Shown in pieces: positions 10,015 through 19,112 of a stretch of DNA of 64,000 nucleotides. Source of the stretch: an uncultured Acidobacteriota bacterium (GTDB lineage: Bacteria > Acidobacteriota > Terriglobia > Acidiferrales > UBA7541); the NCBI GenBank assembly GCA_963697575.1, contig CAVOOP010000009.1, positions 63,100 to 127,099 on the forward strand. Direction: 5' to 3'. Below the pieces are notes generated by a model. It was given only the letters and a program-made list of their open reading frames with translations, did not search any database and had not been told where the DNA came from. The number at the start of each line of letters is the position of its first letter. Position 1 is the stretch's first letter. Made by a program: the position numbers and the translations under genes.

Positions 10015-10590
10015 CTAGCTGCGGCGCTTTTTGTGGTGGCTTGCCGCGCGGGCGTGGCGGCGAGGCTTCGCCGCTTTTTTCTCCGGCGGAGTCACGGGGA
10101 GGTCGGAGTTGTAGGTATCGACGACGACTTTCCATTTGCCGTCGGCCTGTTTCTGCCAGACCTCGACGTACTTGCCGTGGTCGGTCACCGTCTTGCCCTG
10201 GGGATCTTTCGTGGTCTCCTGATACACGCCCGTCGAATAGGCCAGATCGCCCGAGCGCGCGACCTCGACTTTGCTTGCTTCCCACGACACGGAAGTGCCC
10301 GGAACGAGAAACGCAGCCCATACCGCGCGAATAGCTTGTGTGCCGATGGCGATCGGTGCGTTCGCAGGCAGCAGGGAAGCGTCGTCGGCGTAGTAGGACA
10401 TCGTGCCGTCCAGGTCGTTGGCCGCCGCCTTTTTGGACCATTGCGCGTCCAGATCCTTGATGGCCGAGGCATCGGCTGCGCGCGTGTCGGGCGGGGCCTG
10501 CTGGCCGCAAGCGGTTAGCGCCAGAACGACGGCCAGACATGCCCATCGCAGCGCGTTCGATTCGTACATTTTTCCCTGACGGCTGTTCAT
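10015..10590 (-). CDS. SnoaL-like/DUF4440-type lipoprotein
   Basis: Intact ORF. Lipobox LALTAC. Pattern AIKDLDAQWSKKAAANDLDGTMSYYADDASLLP ... GKWKVVVDTYNSD is typical of the NTF2-like fold. Lys/Arg-rich tail. Confidence 0.75.
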   Translation of the reverse strand: MNSRQGKMYESNALRWACLAVVLALTACGQQAPPDTRAADASAIKDLDAQWSKKAAANDLDGTMSYYADDASLLPANAPIAIGTQAIRAVWAAFLVPGTSVSWEASKVEVARSGDLAYSTGVYQETTKDPQGKTVTDHGKYVEVWQKQADGKWKVVVDTYNSDLPVTPPEKKAAKPRRHARAASHHKKRRS

Positions 10591-10750
10591 CGGCTGATTC
10601 TCCTGGAAGAGAAAGTCTCGCTTGCCAGCTTCGCGTATCGCCCTTCTTGCGAAGTGCCGCTCATCTTACGGGTGCGCGGAGCGGCAAGTCAAACGAAACG
10701 CGGAGGGCTGTAATTTGATTCGCGATTCGGAACTCCTGAAGCGTTCTTCA

Positions 10751-10963
10751 ATGACACTTCTTTGCGTCGGCTTCGTTCGTGAGCGCGACCGTGCGCGGGC
10801 CTGGATTCCGTGCGGGCGGCCACGACTCGAGGGAGACCGGCTCTGCAAGCAGCATCGCGACGCGATGGATGGGGCCGTCATAGGGCTGATCCAGGCGCGG
10901 GTGTTCGGGGATGACCCAAACAAGACAAAACAGGCCGGGCGCGGGAGAGCCAAACGATCTTAG
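10751..10963 (+). CDS. Hypothetical small Cys/His-containing protein
   Basis: ATG in frame within ORF 10622..10963. Contains CGRPRLEGDRLCKQH, a possible zinc knuckle. No clear RBS. Confidence 0.3.
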   Translation: MTLLCVGFVRERDRARAWIPCGRPRLEGDRLCKQHRDAMDGAVIGLIQARVFGDDPNKTKQAGRGRAKRS

Positions 10964-11000
10964 CTCGAGTTTCGAATGCGTTCACGCCGTCGGGCCGACG

Positions 11001-11396
11001 ATGGCGAACACGAGCGCTAGCCCGGCGGGAAAAGCAAAGCGCGCCGTGGGTAGCAAGCGCAAGAAGGTTCATCAGCCGCTCCGGGCAAACCAGTGCAAGA
11101 AAAAGAGGCTCGCCGAGGCGCTGCGCGCAGCGGGGCTCGACGAAGGGAAGGTGGCGGAAGCCTACGTCGTGGTGGTCGAGAAGCTGCGAACCGGGAAGGG
11201 CGACGAGAATGCCACGATCAAGCTGCTGGTGGATGTGCTCAAGGAGTGCTGCCGGATACTCGAGCCGCCGGGCGCACAAGGATCGCGGGCGAGCGAGGGT
11301 CCCGCAGTGGTGAACCTGTATCACAACGTTCCGCGGCCGGTGCGGGGTTTCCGGCGAGGGAGCGCGGACGCGGAAGCAGAAGAGGAAGCGCTGTAG
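11001..11396 (+). CDS. Hypothetical basic helical protein (possible DNA-binding or small-terminase-like; speculative)
   Basis: ATG in frame within ORF 10911..11396. Lys/Arg-rich N-terminus (GKAKRAVGSKRKKVH), a helical middle and an acidic tail. Confidence 0.4.
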   Translation: MANTSASPAGKAKRAVGSKRKKVHQPLRANQCKKKRLAEALRAAGLDEGKVAEAYVVVVEKLRTGKGDENATIKLLVDVLKECCRILEPPGAQGSRASEGPAVVNLYHNVPRPVRGFRRGSADAEAEEEAL

Positions 11397-11408
11397 CGCG
11401 ATGCGCTG

Positions 11409-11567
11409 TCAGTGCGTCGCGGCCTTGTGGTGCGTGCCGCGGTGGCCACCGTGCCTGCCGTGCCGGTGGTGATGATGCCTCGATTTTGCGCTTGCGGGAG
11501 CGGCGACGATGGTAAACATCGCGAGCCCGAGCAGGATTGCGAATAGTTTCGAGCGCCAGGAATTCAT
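11409..11567 (-). CDS. Secreted His-rich peptide (52 aa)
   Basis: GGAGA upstream of ATG 11567. MNSWRSKLFAILLGLAMFTIVAAPASA signal, then KSRHHHHRHGRHGGHRGTHHKAATH. Confidence 0.5.
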   Translation of the reverse strand: MNSWRSKLFAILLGLAMFTIVAAPASAKSRHHHHRHGRHGGHRGTHHKAATH

Positions 11568-11714
11568 GTGGATTTCTCCGTGGGTGCGCGGAAGCAGGGT
11601 GCGCACGGCGCCATGCTACCACTTCGTTTTTTGCGCGGATATGAATTTCGGCGCGGCTTGACGAGAGAGGCAACGACGGGTGAGCAAGTTTTCGATGGCG
11701 CTTATTTTTTCAGT

Positions 11715-11940
11715 CAGCCAATCGGGAGATCGGCGATCGCAGGGAACCCCTTCGCGCGGGCTGATGGAGCGCTGATTTCGACTTTCGATGTTGAGGATTT
11801 ACCAACGGCGAATCGCGCACAAAGACCCGACCCTCGAAAACGGAGGGTCGGGCAAATCTGTTCCCCAGGGGCTGAAGCCCTGTTGATCCCCGGACTTTAT
11901 GTCGGAGCTGAAGCTCCGACCCCCTAAAAACCGGAGTTTT
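11715..11940. repeat. REP-D + REP-A + REP-B composite
   Basis: GCCAATCGGGAGATCGGCGATCGCAGGGAACCCC (REP-D-like), AAAGACCCGACCCTCGAAAACGGAGGGTCGGGC (11821-11853), then GGCTGAAGCCCTGTTGATCCCCGGACTTTATGTCGGAGCTGAAGCTCCGACCCCCTAAAAACCGGAG. Confidence 0.85.
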
Positions 11941-11951
11941 ACAGCTACCTG

Positions 11952-12885
11952 TCAGGGCGCCGGGGTTGCGGCGGGCACTGGCGCGGGAACGGGAGCGAGG
12001 ATGGGGGCGAGGAGCGACGACTCTGGTTCAGGTTCCGGCTGCGCTCGCAATCGGGACAGCTTGGCGACGCGAATCTGGCGGGCCAGGCCAAGTTTTTTCA
12101 GCGCCCAGATGCCGTACCAGTTGAAGTCGATCTCATACCATTTCAGGCCGTGGCGCGCCGAGACCGGGTGCGCGTGATGGTTGTTGTGCCAGCCTTCGCC
12201 CCAGGTGAGCAGCGCGACCCACCAGCTGTTGGTGGATTGATCGCGGGTGACGAAGCGGCGCGAACCCCACGAGTGCGTGGCGGAGTTGACCAGCCAGGTG
12301 GCGTGCAGGCCGAAAACGGTGCGCAGGAAAATTCCCCAGAGCAGGCAGGGCAGGCCGCCGATGGCGAACACCACAATGGCGAGCGCGATCAGCGGCACGT
12401 AATGGTATTTGGTGATCCAGACGTGAAATTTGTCGCGCGTCAGGTCCGGGACGTAGCGGGCTTCCGTGGTGGTGTCATGGTGGAGCGACTTGCCCATGAG
12501 GATCCAGCCCATGTGGGCCCACCACTTGCCGTCAAGCGGCGAGTGCGGATCGCCTTCGTGGTCGGAGTACTTGTGATGGATGCGATGCGTTGCGACCCAG
12601 AAGATCGGGCCGCCTTCGAGCGTGAGCGTGGCGCAGATCGTCAGGAAGATATTCCACCCATTTGGGCGTCTTGTAGCCGCGATGCGTGAGCAGGCGGTGA
12701 TAGCCCATTCCGATGCCGAGGCTGCCGGAGATCCACCACAGAAAAATCGAGAGAAAGAATGCCTTCCAGGTGAAGAAGAAGAGTGCGGCGATCGCTCCGA
12801 TATGAAATAAAACCATGACGGACGCCGTGAGCCAGTTGACCCCGTCGGCGCGCGCCTGCTGCTTTTTAAGGCTGTTGAGTGTCAT
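11952..12885 (-). CDS. Acyl-CoA/acyl-lipid delta-9-type fatty acid desaturase; 1 frameshift near 12652
   Basis: Three His boxes: HRLLTH, HRIHH (in the shifted frame: [37 protein letters not shown]) and HNNHH. Built from ORFs 12532..12885 and 11952..12512. Confidence 0.85.
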
Positions 12886-13097
12886 TGTTGCGTTGAGCCC
12901 TCAGTGGATTTGTCAATACCAGCGTAACAGTAGCCGGAAACTGGCTTTGTAATTGTTATGTAATGTTTCTTCCGGGATTGCGGCCCGGGAGAAGCAACAG
13001 GAACGGCGTTTTCACCCTCCAGGCATGGTTCCCGCCGGCGAAGAAAGTCAAAGGCCTGCTCCTCGAAACGAGAGGGTCGGGCACTCGTGACCGAATT

Positions 13098-13762
13098 TCA
13101 GACCGGGAGGGCGTAGGAGAACGGGCGGTGCGCGTGGCTTCGCCAGAAGTAGGCGAGGATGATCACGCTGGCGACCGCCGCGTAGGCGCACCACAGCGAA
13201 GTGAAGGCGTAGCGCTTCACCTCCATCACGATCAGCAGAATCGCCAGGTTGGCCGCGCCGAAGAGCGATCATCGGCCTGATTTTGGACATGAACAGCGAG
13301 CCGCACGTGGCGATCACATAGAGCACCGCGACCGCCGTATTGTTCGTCGCCGGATTGATGTACACGATGCTGTTGCCCCGGATATAGACCTGCAGCGGGT
13401 AGGCGATCAGCGCCCACAGGATGTAGAGCGCCGTGCCTGCGCCGATCATGAGGAACGGCAGCATGCGGCGGCGGCTTTTTCTGGTCCGGCTCAAACAGCA
13501 GGACGCTGAGCGGTAACAGGAAAGGCAGAAGGCCTTGCGCGTAGAGCATGAAGGCCGCGGCCATGTCGTGGGTGACCGTGGGCGAGAGAATGCCGTCGAG
13601 GCCGAGCCAGACGAAGCCTTCGATGAACTGGTGCACCGCGAACAGCGTGGGCAGCGAGGCAAAGAGGAGTTCGCGGCGGTGCTTCACCCGCGTCAGCGTG
13701 ACAACGCCGATCGCGCCCAGCGCGCCGCTGCCGACGAAGTTTGCTGCCGCTGAAAAGCACAT
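13098..13762 (-). CDS. Polytopic membrane protein (DUF6629-like by eye); 2 frameshifts
   Basis: MCFSAAANFVGSGALGAIGVVTL...HQFIEGFVWLG, then MLPFLMIGAGTALYILWALIAYPLQVY..., then FGAANLAILLIVMEVKRYAFTSLWCAYAAVASVIILAYFW, with the stop at 13098. Frame changes near 13475 and 13262. Confidence 0.5.
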
Positions 13763-13857
13763 GTTTGGTTCTCCTTGCTTCGCCGCCGCTCGCGATTGCG
13801 TCAAACTGCGCGGAATGCGAAATATAGCTGATGGAGCGAAGAGTTTGCAGGGAAAAA

Positions 13858-14160
13858 TTCCTCAGGGCTGAAGAGACTGTGTAGCAGCAGGCTAAATCGC
13901 CCCTCAGCGGCGGAAGCCGCGTTGATTTTTCAGGCATTTCCGGCACGGATGAATCCGTGCCCTGACGAACACCGACAGTGCCACACACTATAAGGACCAG
14001 TGTTTGAGTTTTTTCTGCGCGGCTGATCGCGCGCAAAGACCCGACCCTCGAAACCGGAGGGTCGGGCACCCGCAAAGGCGAATTGCTCGCGGCTTCACTT
14101 CTTCTCACCGTTGGCAATATCGACCCTTACCCCGCCAATCGGGAGATTGGCGTTCCCGGC
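13858..14160. repeat. REP-B-like variant, REP-A and REP-D cluster
   Basis: REP-A GCAAAGACCCGACCCTCGAAACCGGAGGGTCGGGCACCCGC at 14034-14073. REP-D CCGCCAATCGGGAGATTGGCGTTCCCGG at about 14125-14160. A B-like element lies at 13858-13970. Confidence 0.8.
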
Positions 14161-14173
14161 GACATCTTCGCGG

Positions 14174-14782
14174 CTAAGGGGCTTTCGTCAGCGGATAGCC
14201 CATGCAGGACTTTATGTCGGCGGAGATTAGATGGAAGCCGTCGAACAGGCCCATGGGGCGCGGCTGGATGTAGAAGTAGACATCGAAGACGATGCGCTTT
14301 TCTTCCTGGCCCGGAGGCATGCCGACGCCGTGCGGGGGCGCCGGCTTGGCTTTTGCGTCCTTGGCCTTGTCGTCTTTGGGTTTGTCGTCGGGCGTGGGCA
14401 GATGCGTGGTGAACTGCAGCACGGCGGGATATTCGTTGGCGGTCCATTCCTGGCCGCGCGCGTCGCCGAAGACGTAGGCGATTGTGAGCGACGTGACGCA
14501 CCAGGTGGCGCTGCCGTTCTTGACGCGCATGGCGAGGTCGTAGGTCATGGCGTCTTCACGGGCCGACACGCTGAAATCGGAAATGGTTACTTTCTTCTGC
14601 TCGGCGTCGGGCAGGCGAGCGACTTTCACTCCAAATGGAATCTCGCCCGTGCAACTGGCTTTGGGCGCGCTGCGGCTGCCGGCTTTGCCTGTGCGTGAGC
14701 GGAGGCGCCGCACAACGCGATTGCGAGGAGCGCGGGCAGCGCGGGAAACAGCGTGCGCAGCGTGATGGGAACTCATTCTCAT
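14174..14782 (-). CDS. Hypothetical secreted protein or lipoprotein; about 2 frameshifts near the N-terminus
   Basis: ORF from the track. A signal peptide (VPITLRTLFPALPALLAIALCGASAHA) is readable only in a shifted frame between about 14770 and 14650. The body has no recognised family. The 3' end overlaps a partial REP-B motif (GGACTTTATGTCGG). Confidence 0.45.
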   Translation of the reverse strand: MRMSSHHAAHAVSRAARAPRNRVVRRLRSRTGKAGSRSAPKASCTGEIPFGVKVARLPDAEQKKVTISDFSVSAREDAMTYDLAMRVKNGSATWCVTSLTIAYVFGDARGQEWTANEYPAVLQFTTHLPTPDDKPKDDKAKDAKAKPAPPHGVGMPPGQEEKRIVFDVYFYIQPRPMGLFDGFHLISADIKSCMGYPLTKAP

Positions 14783-14898
14783 CCGGACAGATTCAGATCA
14801 TACATCTGCGAAATCTTTTTGAGCGGGCATTTGGCTCGTGGTGCGCCACAAGTCAAGGGCACCGCATCACTTTTAACTAACTTTCCAAAGGAGGAATT

Positions 14899-15102
14899 AT
14901 GGCGGTGAGTACGAAGACGATCGGCTATTACGTGCAGTTGGGGGGGGTGGCGGCGTTTGCGCTTGGCGCAGCGCTGAGCCTGCATCACGTGGCGATTGGC
15001 GCGGCGTTCATTGGCGGGGCGGCGGCGTTCTATGCGGGGCACAAGATCCAGGCGCTAGCGGCAAACGCGGCGAATGCGGCAAACGCAGCGAAAAGCAAGT
15101 AG
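14899..15102 (+). CDS. Small hydrophobic protein (67 aa, two hydrophobic segments, AAN repeat tail)
   Basis: AAGGAGG lies 6 nt upstream of ATG 14899. YYVQLGGVAAFALGAALSL and IGAAFIGGAAAFYAG segments. Confidence 0.5.
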   Translation: MAVSTKTIGYYVQLGGVAAFALGAALSLHHVAIGAAFIGGAAAFYAGHKIQALAANAANAANAAKSK

Positions 15103-15191
15103 ACCCGGCGGCACACGAAGGCGGGGCAAGATGGCGGCTCGCGTTACATCGGGGATGGAGCGGTGGATCGCGGGGTGAATCCGCGGACCGA

Positions 15192-16799
15192 GTGACGCTG
15201 GCGCTGGGGTATGAGCCGTTTCCCAAGCAGAGGCTGTTTCACGGCTCCGCCGCGAAGTACCGGCTGTTTGGCGGGGCGGCGGGGCCGGGGAAGTCGAAGG
15301 CGCTGCTGATGGAGGCGATCCTGCAGGCGCACGAGCATCCCGGGCGCGAACACGCTGCTGCTGCGGCGGACGTTTCCCGAGCTCGAGCAATCGCTGCTGC
15401 TCTACTTCAAGCGCGACGTGCCGCGCGAGCTGTACGAAAATTTTCAGGAATCGAAACACGTGGTCACGTGGCGGAACGGCTCGACCACGCGCTTCGGCTA
15501 TTGCGCAGCGCGAGAGCGACGTCTACCAGTACCAGGGCGCGGAATTTCTTTTCATCGGCATCGACGAGCTGACGCTTTTCACGCTGCGGCAGTGGCAATT
15601 TCTCACCAGCCGCAACCGTTGCCCGGTGCCGGGCGCGTTTCCGTGCATGGCGGGCGCGACGAATCCGGGCAACATCGGGCACGCGTGGGTGAAGGCGCTG
15701 TGGATCGACCGCGAGCCCGCGCCGGGGATGGAACATCCCGAGGAGTACGACGCAGCGGACTACGATTTCATTCCCGGCGCGCGTGGCGGACAACCCGATT
15801 TATGCGGGCGATGCAAATTATCTGAAGACGCTGCGGGCGCTGCCTTCGCATCTGAAGCGCGCGTTTCTCGATGGCGACTGGGATGTGTTCGCCGGGCAGT
15901 ATTTCGACCGCTTCGACTGCTCGCGGCACGTGGTGCGCGCTGAGCAGATCGACTGGAAGCCGTGGTGGCCGCGGTGGATTTCGATGGACTGGGGATTCGA
16001 GCATCCGGCGGCGGTGTACTGGCACGCGCAGGGGCAGTGGGAGGCGGCAGGTCACGCGGACGCGGGCGGCGAAAGGGCCAATGCGCAAGGGAAGGGCGTC
16101 GTTACGTACCGCGAATATGTGACGCATCGCACGCCGCCGCGGGAATTAGCGCGAGAGATTGTGGCGCGTTGCGTGGCGGGGAGTGGCAACAACGGAAGTG
16201 GCGATGCGGCGCGGGTGTTGGGCAGCGGCGCTGACCGATACGCTGGAAGAGAGATCCCTCGCTACGCTCGGGATGACAACGAAAACCAACGTCGCGGCGG
16301 ATACGAGCGAGAAAAAATCGACGCGATTTATCTTTCGCCGGATGCGTTTGCGCGGCGCACCGATGAGGCTTCGATCGCGGAGCAGATGGGCGATATTTTC
16401 GCGGCGGCGGGGCTGCCGCGTCCTGTGCCGGCCGATGACGATCGCGTGGGCGGTTGGATGCTGATGTATCAAATGCTCGATGCGGAGGAGTGGCTGCTCA
16501 CCGAGAATTGCGCCGAGCTGATTCGCACGCTGCCGAACCTGGTGCGCGATCCGGTGCGCATCGAGGATATCGAGAAGATGGACGGCGACGACGCGGCGGA
16601 CGCGGCGCGGTACGGGCTGAAGTCGCGCTACGGAGTGGGACGAGGCAGGCAGGGACGCATGCCGCTCGACCAGAGGCTGGCGGCGCGGGCGGTGTCGGCC
16701 GATCCGACGATTCGCGCGATCCAGGCGCGCAAGGCGCAGATCGAAGAGACGCGGCGCGTGCAGCCGGTGTCGTTTGTGCGGCGCCGGCGGTCGCCCTAG
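15192..16799 (+). CDS. terL: Terminase large subunit; 3 frameshifts (about 15345, 15510, 15780) and an in-frame REP-C insertion
   Basis: Walker A GGAAGPGKSKALL, Walker B LFIGIDELT, coupling motif MAGATNPGNIGHAWV. Nuclease part WISMDWGFEHPAAVYW ... DGDDAADAARYGL. Assembled from ORFs 15192, 15418, 15626 and 15783. Confidence 0.9.
16246..16290 (+). repeat. REP-C element inside terL, in frame (reads REIPRYARDDNENQ)
   Basis: GAAGAGAGATCCCTCGCTACGCTCGGGATGACAACGAAAACCAAC. The same element is intergenic at 27949, 28950, 29197, 37850 (inverted) and 40395 (inverted). Confidence 0.85.
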
Positions 16800-17202
16800 A
16801 GGCGGAGTGGATCGACAACTCGCGGGAAAGGCGCCTCGAGTGGAAGGCGCTCCGCGCCGGTTCTTTATGTCGGAGCTGAAGCTCCGACCCCCTAAAAACC
16901 GGAGTTCGCGTGCAGCCGGTGTCGTTCGTGCGGCGCCGGCGGTCGCCGTAGAGGCGGAGTGGATCGACAACTCGCGGGAAAGGCGCCTCGAGTGGAAGGC
17001 GCTCCGCGCCGGTTCTTTATGTCGGAGCTGAAGCTCCGACCCCCTAAAAACCGGAGTTCGCGTGCAGCCGGTGTCGTTTGTGCGGCGCCGGCGGTCGCCC
17101 TAGAGGCGGAGTAGATCGACAACTCGCGGGAAAGGCGCCGCGAGTGGAAGGCGCTCCGCGCCGGTTTTTTATGTCGGAGCTGAAGCTCCGACCCCCTAAA
17201 AA
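16756..17202 (+). repeat. 3 x 152-bp near-identical tandem repeat (terL 3' end + stop + REP-B)
   Basis: GCGTGCAGCCGG starts at 16756, 16908 and 17060. The copies differ by only a few substitutions. Confidence 0.95.
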
Positions 17203-17252
17203 GAAGTTCCGACCCCTAAACGGCGAGTGGCGTTGTCACACCACTACCAAAC

Positions 17253-17314
17253 GGAGGGATCGATTTCTTCGGCGGTACAAAAGGGAGGGATCGATTTCTT
17301 CGGCGGCACAAAGG
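17253..17314 (+). repeat. 2 x 31-bp direct repeat (GGAGGGATCGATTTCTTCGGCGGYACAAA)
   Basis: Copies at 17253 and 17284, immediately upstream of the RBS and GTG of the 17322 gene. Confidence 0.85.
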
Positions 17315-17321
17315 AGCGATC

Positions 17322-17822
17322 GTGAGAGTTGGAGAGATTTGGCGGCGCGTGACGGCGACGCGGTATACGCGGGCGCTGGAGCGCGAGGTGGCGCGACTGC
17401 GCGCGGAGAATCGGGCGCTGCTCAATTCGATCCTGGGGATTGCGGGAGTGCCGCCGATTACGGTGGAGGCTGCGCCGCTGGATGGATTTGCGGCTCCGGT
17501 GGTGGGCCTGCACACGGAGACTGAGTGTGCCTTCGAGGCTGGCGGCAGCGGGAAGAGAGATTCCTCGTCGCTGCGCTCGCCCGGAATGACAGCGACCGGC
17601 AAAGGAACCGGCCAAGCGGAGGCGACGCGTACGAGGAGAATGCCTCGCGGCACCGGCGGGCGCGTACACGTGGCGGCGCCGCTGAGAAAAAGATCGTGGC
17701 AGCAGATCAACCGCGCGCTGGAATTTGCGTCGGCCAGGAAAGAAAAGCCGGGCAGCATGACGGAAGCGGATGCACCGGGAATTCCACGAACTGGGGAGAA
17801 CGGCCAGAACCGGAACGGCTGA
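17322..17822 (+). CDS. Hypothetical phage-region protein (coiled-coil N-terminus), contains an in-frame REP-C copy
   Basis: AAGGAG lies 7 nt upstream of GTG 17322. LEREVARLRAENRALLNSILG. REP-C at 17551-17605 reads KRDSSSLRSPGMTATGKG. Confidence 0.45.
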   Translation: MRVGEIWRRVTATRYTRALEREVARLRAENRALLNSILGIAGVPPITVEAAPLDGFAAPVVGLHTETECAFEAGGSGKRDSSSLRSPGMTATGKGTGQAEATRTRRMPRGTGGRVHVAAPLRKRSWQQINRALEFASARKEKPGSMTEADAPGIPRTGENGQNRNG

Positions 17823-17887
17823 AGAACAAAATTCTGACCGCTGTACCCCAGAGGGTTTGGCGCCCGGAGAGGCTACCGCCGGGCATT

Positions 17888-18292
17888 TCAGCTGGCTTTG
17901 GCCAGTTCGCGGCGGGCGATTTCGCGCTTCGGTTCGCCGACTCCGGCGATGGCCAGCGCGCTGCTCAGCAGGGCGATGTTTTTGCTGAAGTTGATCATGT
18001 TGTTCTGGCGTTCGCTGGGGTTCTTGTCGTTCCAGAAATTGTGCATGGTGGGAGTAACGGCCGCCAGGAAGCCGATGATTTGCGCGGCGCCGAACTTCGG
18101 CTTTACGCCCAGCGCGATGCTGGTGCCGCCGGCGATCAGGGCGATGCCGCTGGCGATTACGGCGGCGTCCGGCGCGGGGATGCCTTTTGCTTTGGCATAC
18201 TTCGCGAGTTCCTTCTCGTGGATCAGGTGGTTGATGCCGTTGTAAACGAAAAAACCGCCGAAGAGAGCGCGTCCTATCTTGTGAAGTTTCAT
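17888..18292 (-). CDS. DoxX-family membrane protein
   Basis: Intact 134-aa ORF. MKLHKIGRALFGGFFVYNGINHL ... four hydrophobic segments, typical of DoxX. Confidence 0.8.
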   Translation of the reverse strand: MKLHKIGRALFGGFFVYNGINHLIHEKELAKYAKAKGIPAPDAAVIASGIALIAGGTSIALGVKPKFGAAQIIGFLAAVTPTMHNFWNDKNPSERQNNMINFSKNIALLSSALAIAGVGEPKREIARRELAKAS

Positions 18293-18560
18293 GGGTGTTT
18301 TCCTCCCGGGCTGTTCGGAGCCCCTTCAAGACAAATCTCGTCGCCGGGTTGGCGGCTTCACAACACTGTCCCCGAGCGCCGTGCTGCGGCGCCATACAGT
18401 AAGTACCCCAGTGGCGGTCCCTGTGGGACTGAGCCGGTCTTACCTGGCGGCGAGCAGTAATCGCTTTTTTGGGCTGCGCAATGAAACAAGCCGGCGAGAC
18501 GCTGGTGTTACGAGTTTGACGCGGCCGCCACATCAACCGCTGCTCTATGAGGAGGGGGAA

Positions 18561-18986
18561 ATGCCATTTATCCGCGGAAGGTATCACATCAATCCGGTGC
18601 TGGGGGAGGCGCTCGAGGCGGCGCGGGAGGCCGAGAATGCGTTGACGGAGCTCGAGCAGGAAGAGCAGCGCAGCGGGCCGGATACTTCGCGCGCCAAAGC
18701 GCCGATTCATCGCGTGGAAATCGAAGCGGCGGAACTGGTGCCCGCGCATTCGGGGAGGGCCGCACGCGGATACGTGGCGCGCGTGCATCGCCAGGCTTTG
18801 ATGGCGCACGCGAGCGACGCCGGCGATGATGGATGCGACTCGCAGCAGCCCTCGAGGAACAGATTTGAGGCGGGCGCTTCCGGCAACCCGTCGCAGGCCG
18901 CGCCGGAAACGCACGTTTTCGCGAATCATGGCGACCTGCTGAGCTTCCTCGGCGACGAACTCGGAAACGACGCGCCGCAGCGGTGA
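18561..18986 (+). CDS. Hypothetical protein
   Basis: GGAGGGGG upstream of ATG 18561, which is in frame within ORF 18291..18986. No family recognised. Confidence 0.4.
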   Translation: MPFIRGRYHINPVLGEALEAAREAENALTELEQEEQRSGPDTSRAKAPIHRVEIEAAELVPAHSGRAARGYVARVHRQALMAHASDAGDDGCDSQQPSRNRFEAGASGNPSQAAPETHVFANHGDLLSFLGDELGNDAPQR

Positions 18987-19112
18987 ATCCGCGGAGGAGG
19001 CTGGCATCACTTGCATCGCGACACGCGGGCCTGAATTGGCGAGTTTTTCCAGTCTTCGTTTGGGACACACGGCGGCTCAAACCGCGCCGTGAGGCTGCTT
19101 TTTTGATTTAAA

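Noticed and set aside
17244-19070. 608-aa ORF on the minus strand spanning the 17322 gene, DoxX and the 18561 gene
   Set aside because: It is Arg/Pro/Ser-rich nonsense typical of an off-frame read in GC-rich DNA. It overlaps better-supported genes, including DoxX, which lies on the same strand in another frame.
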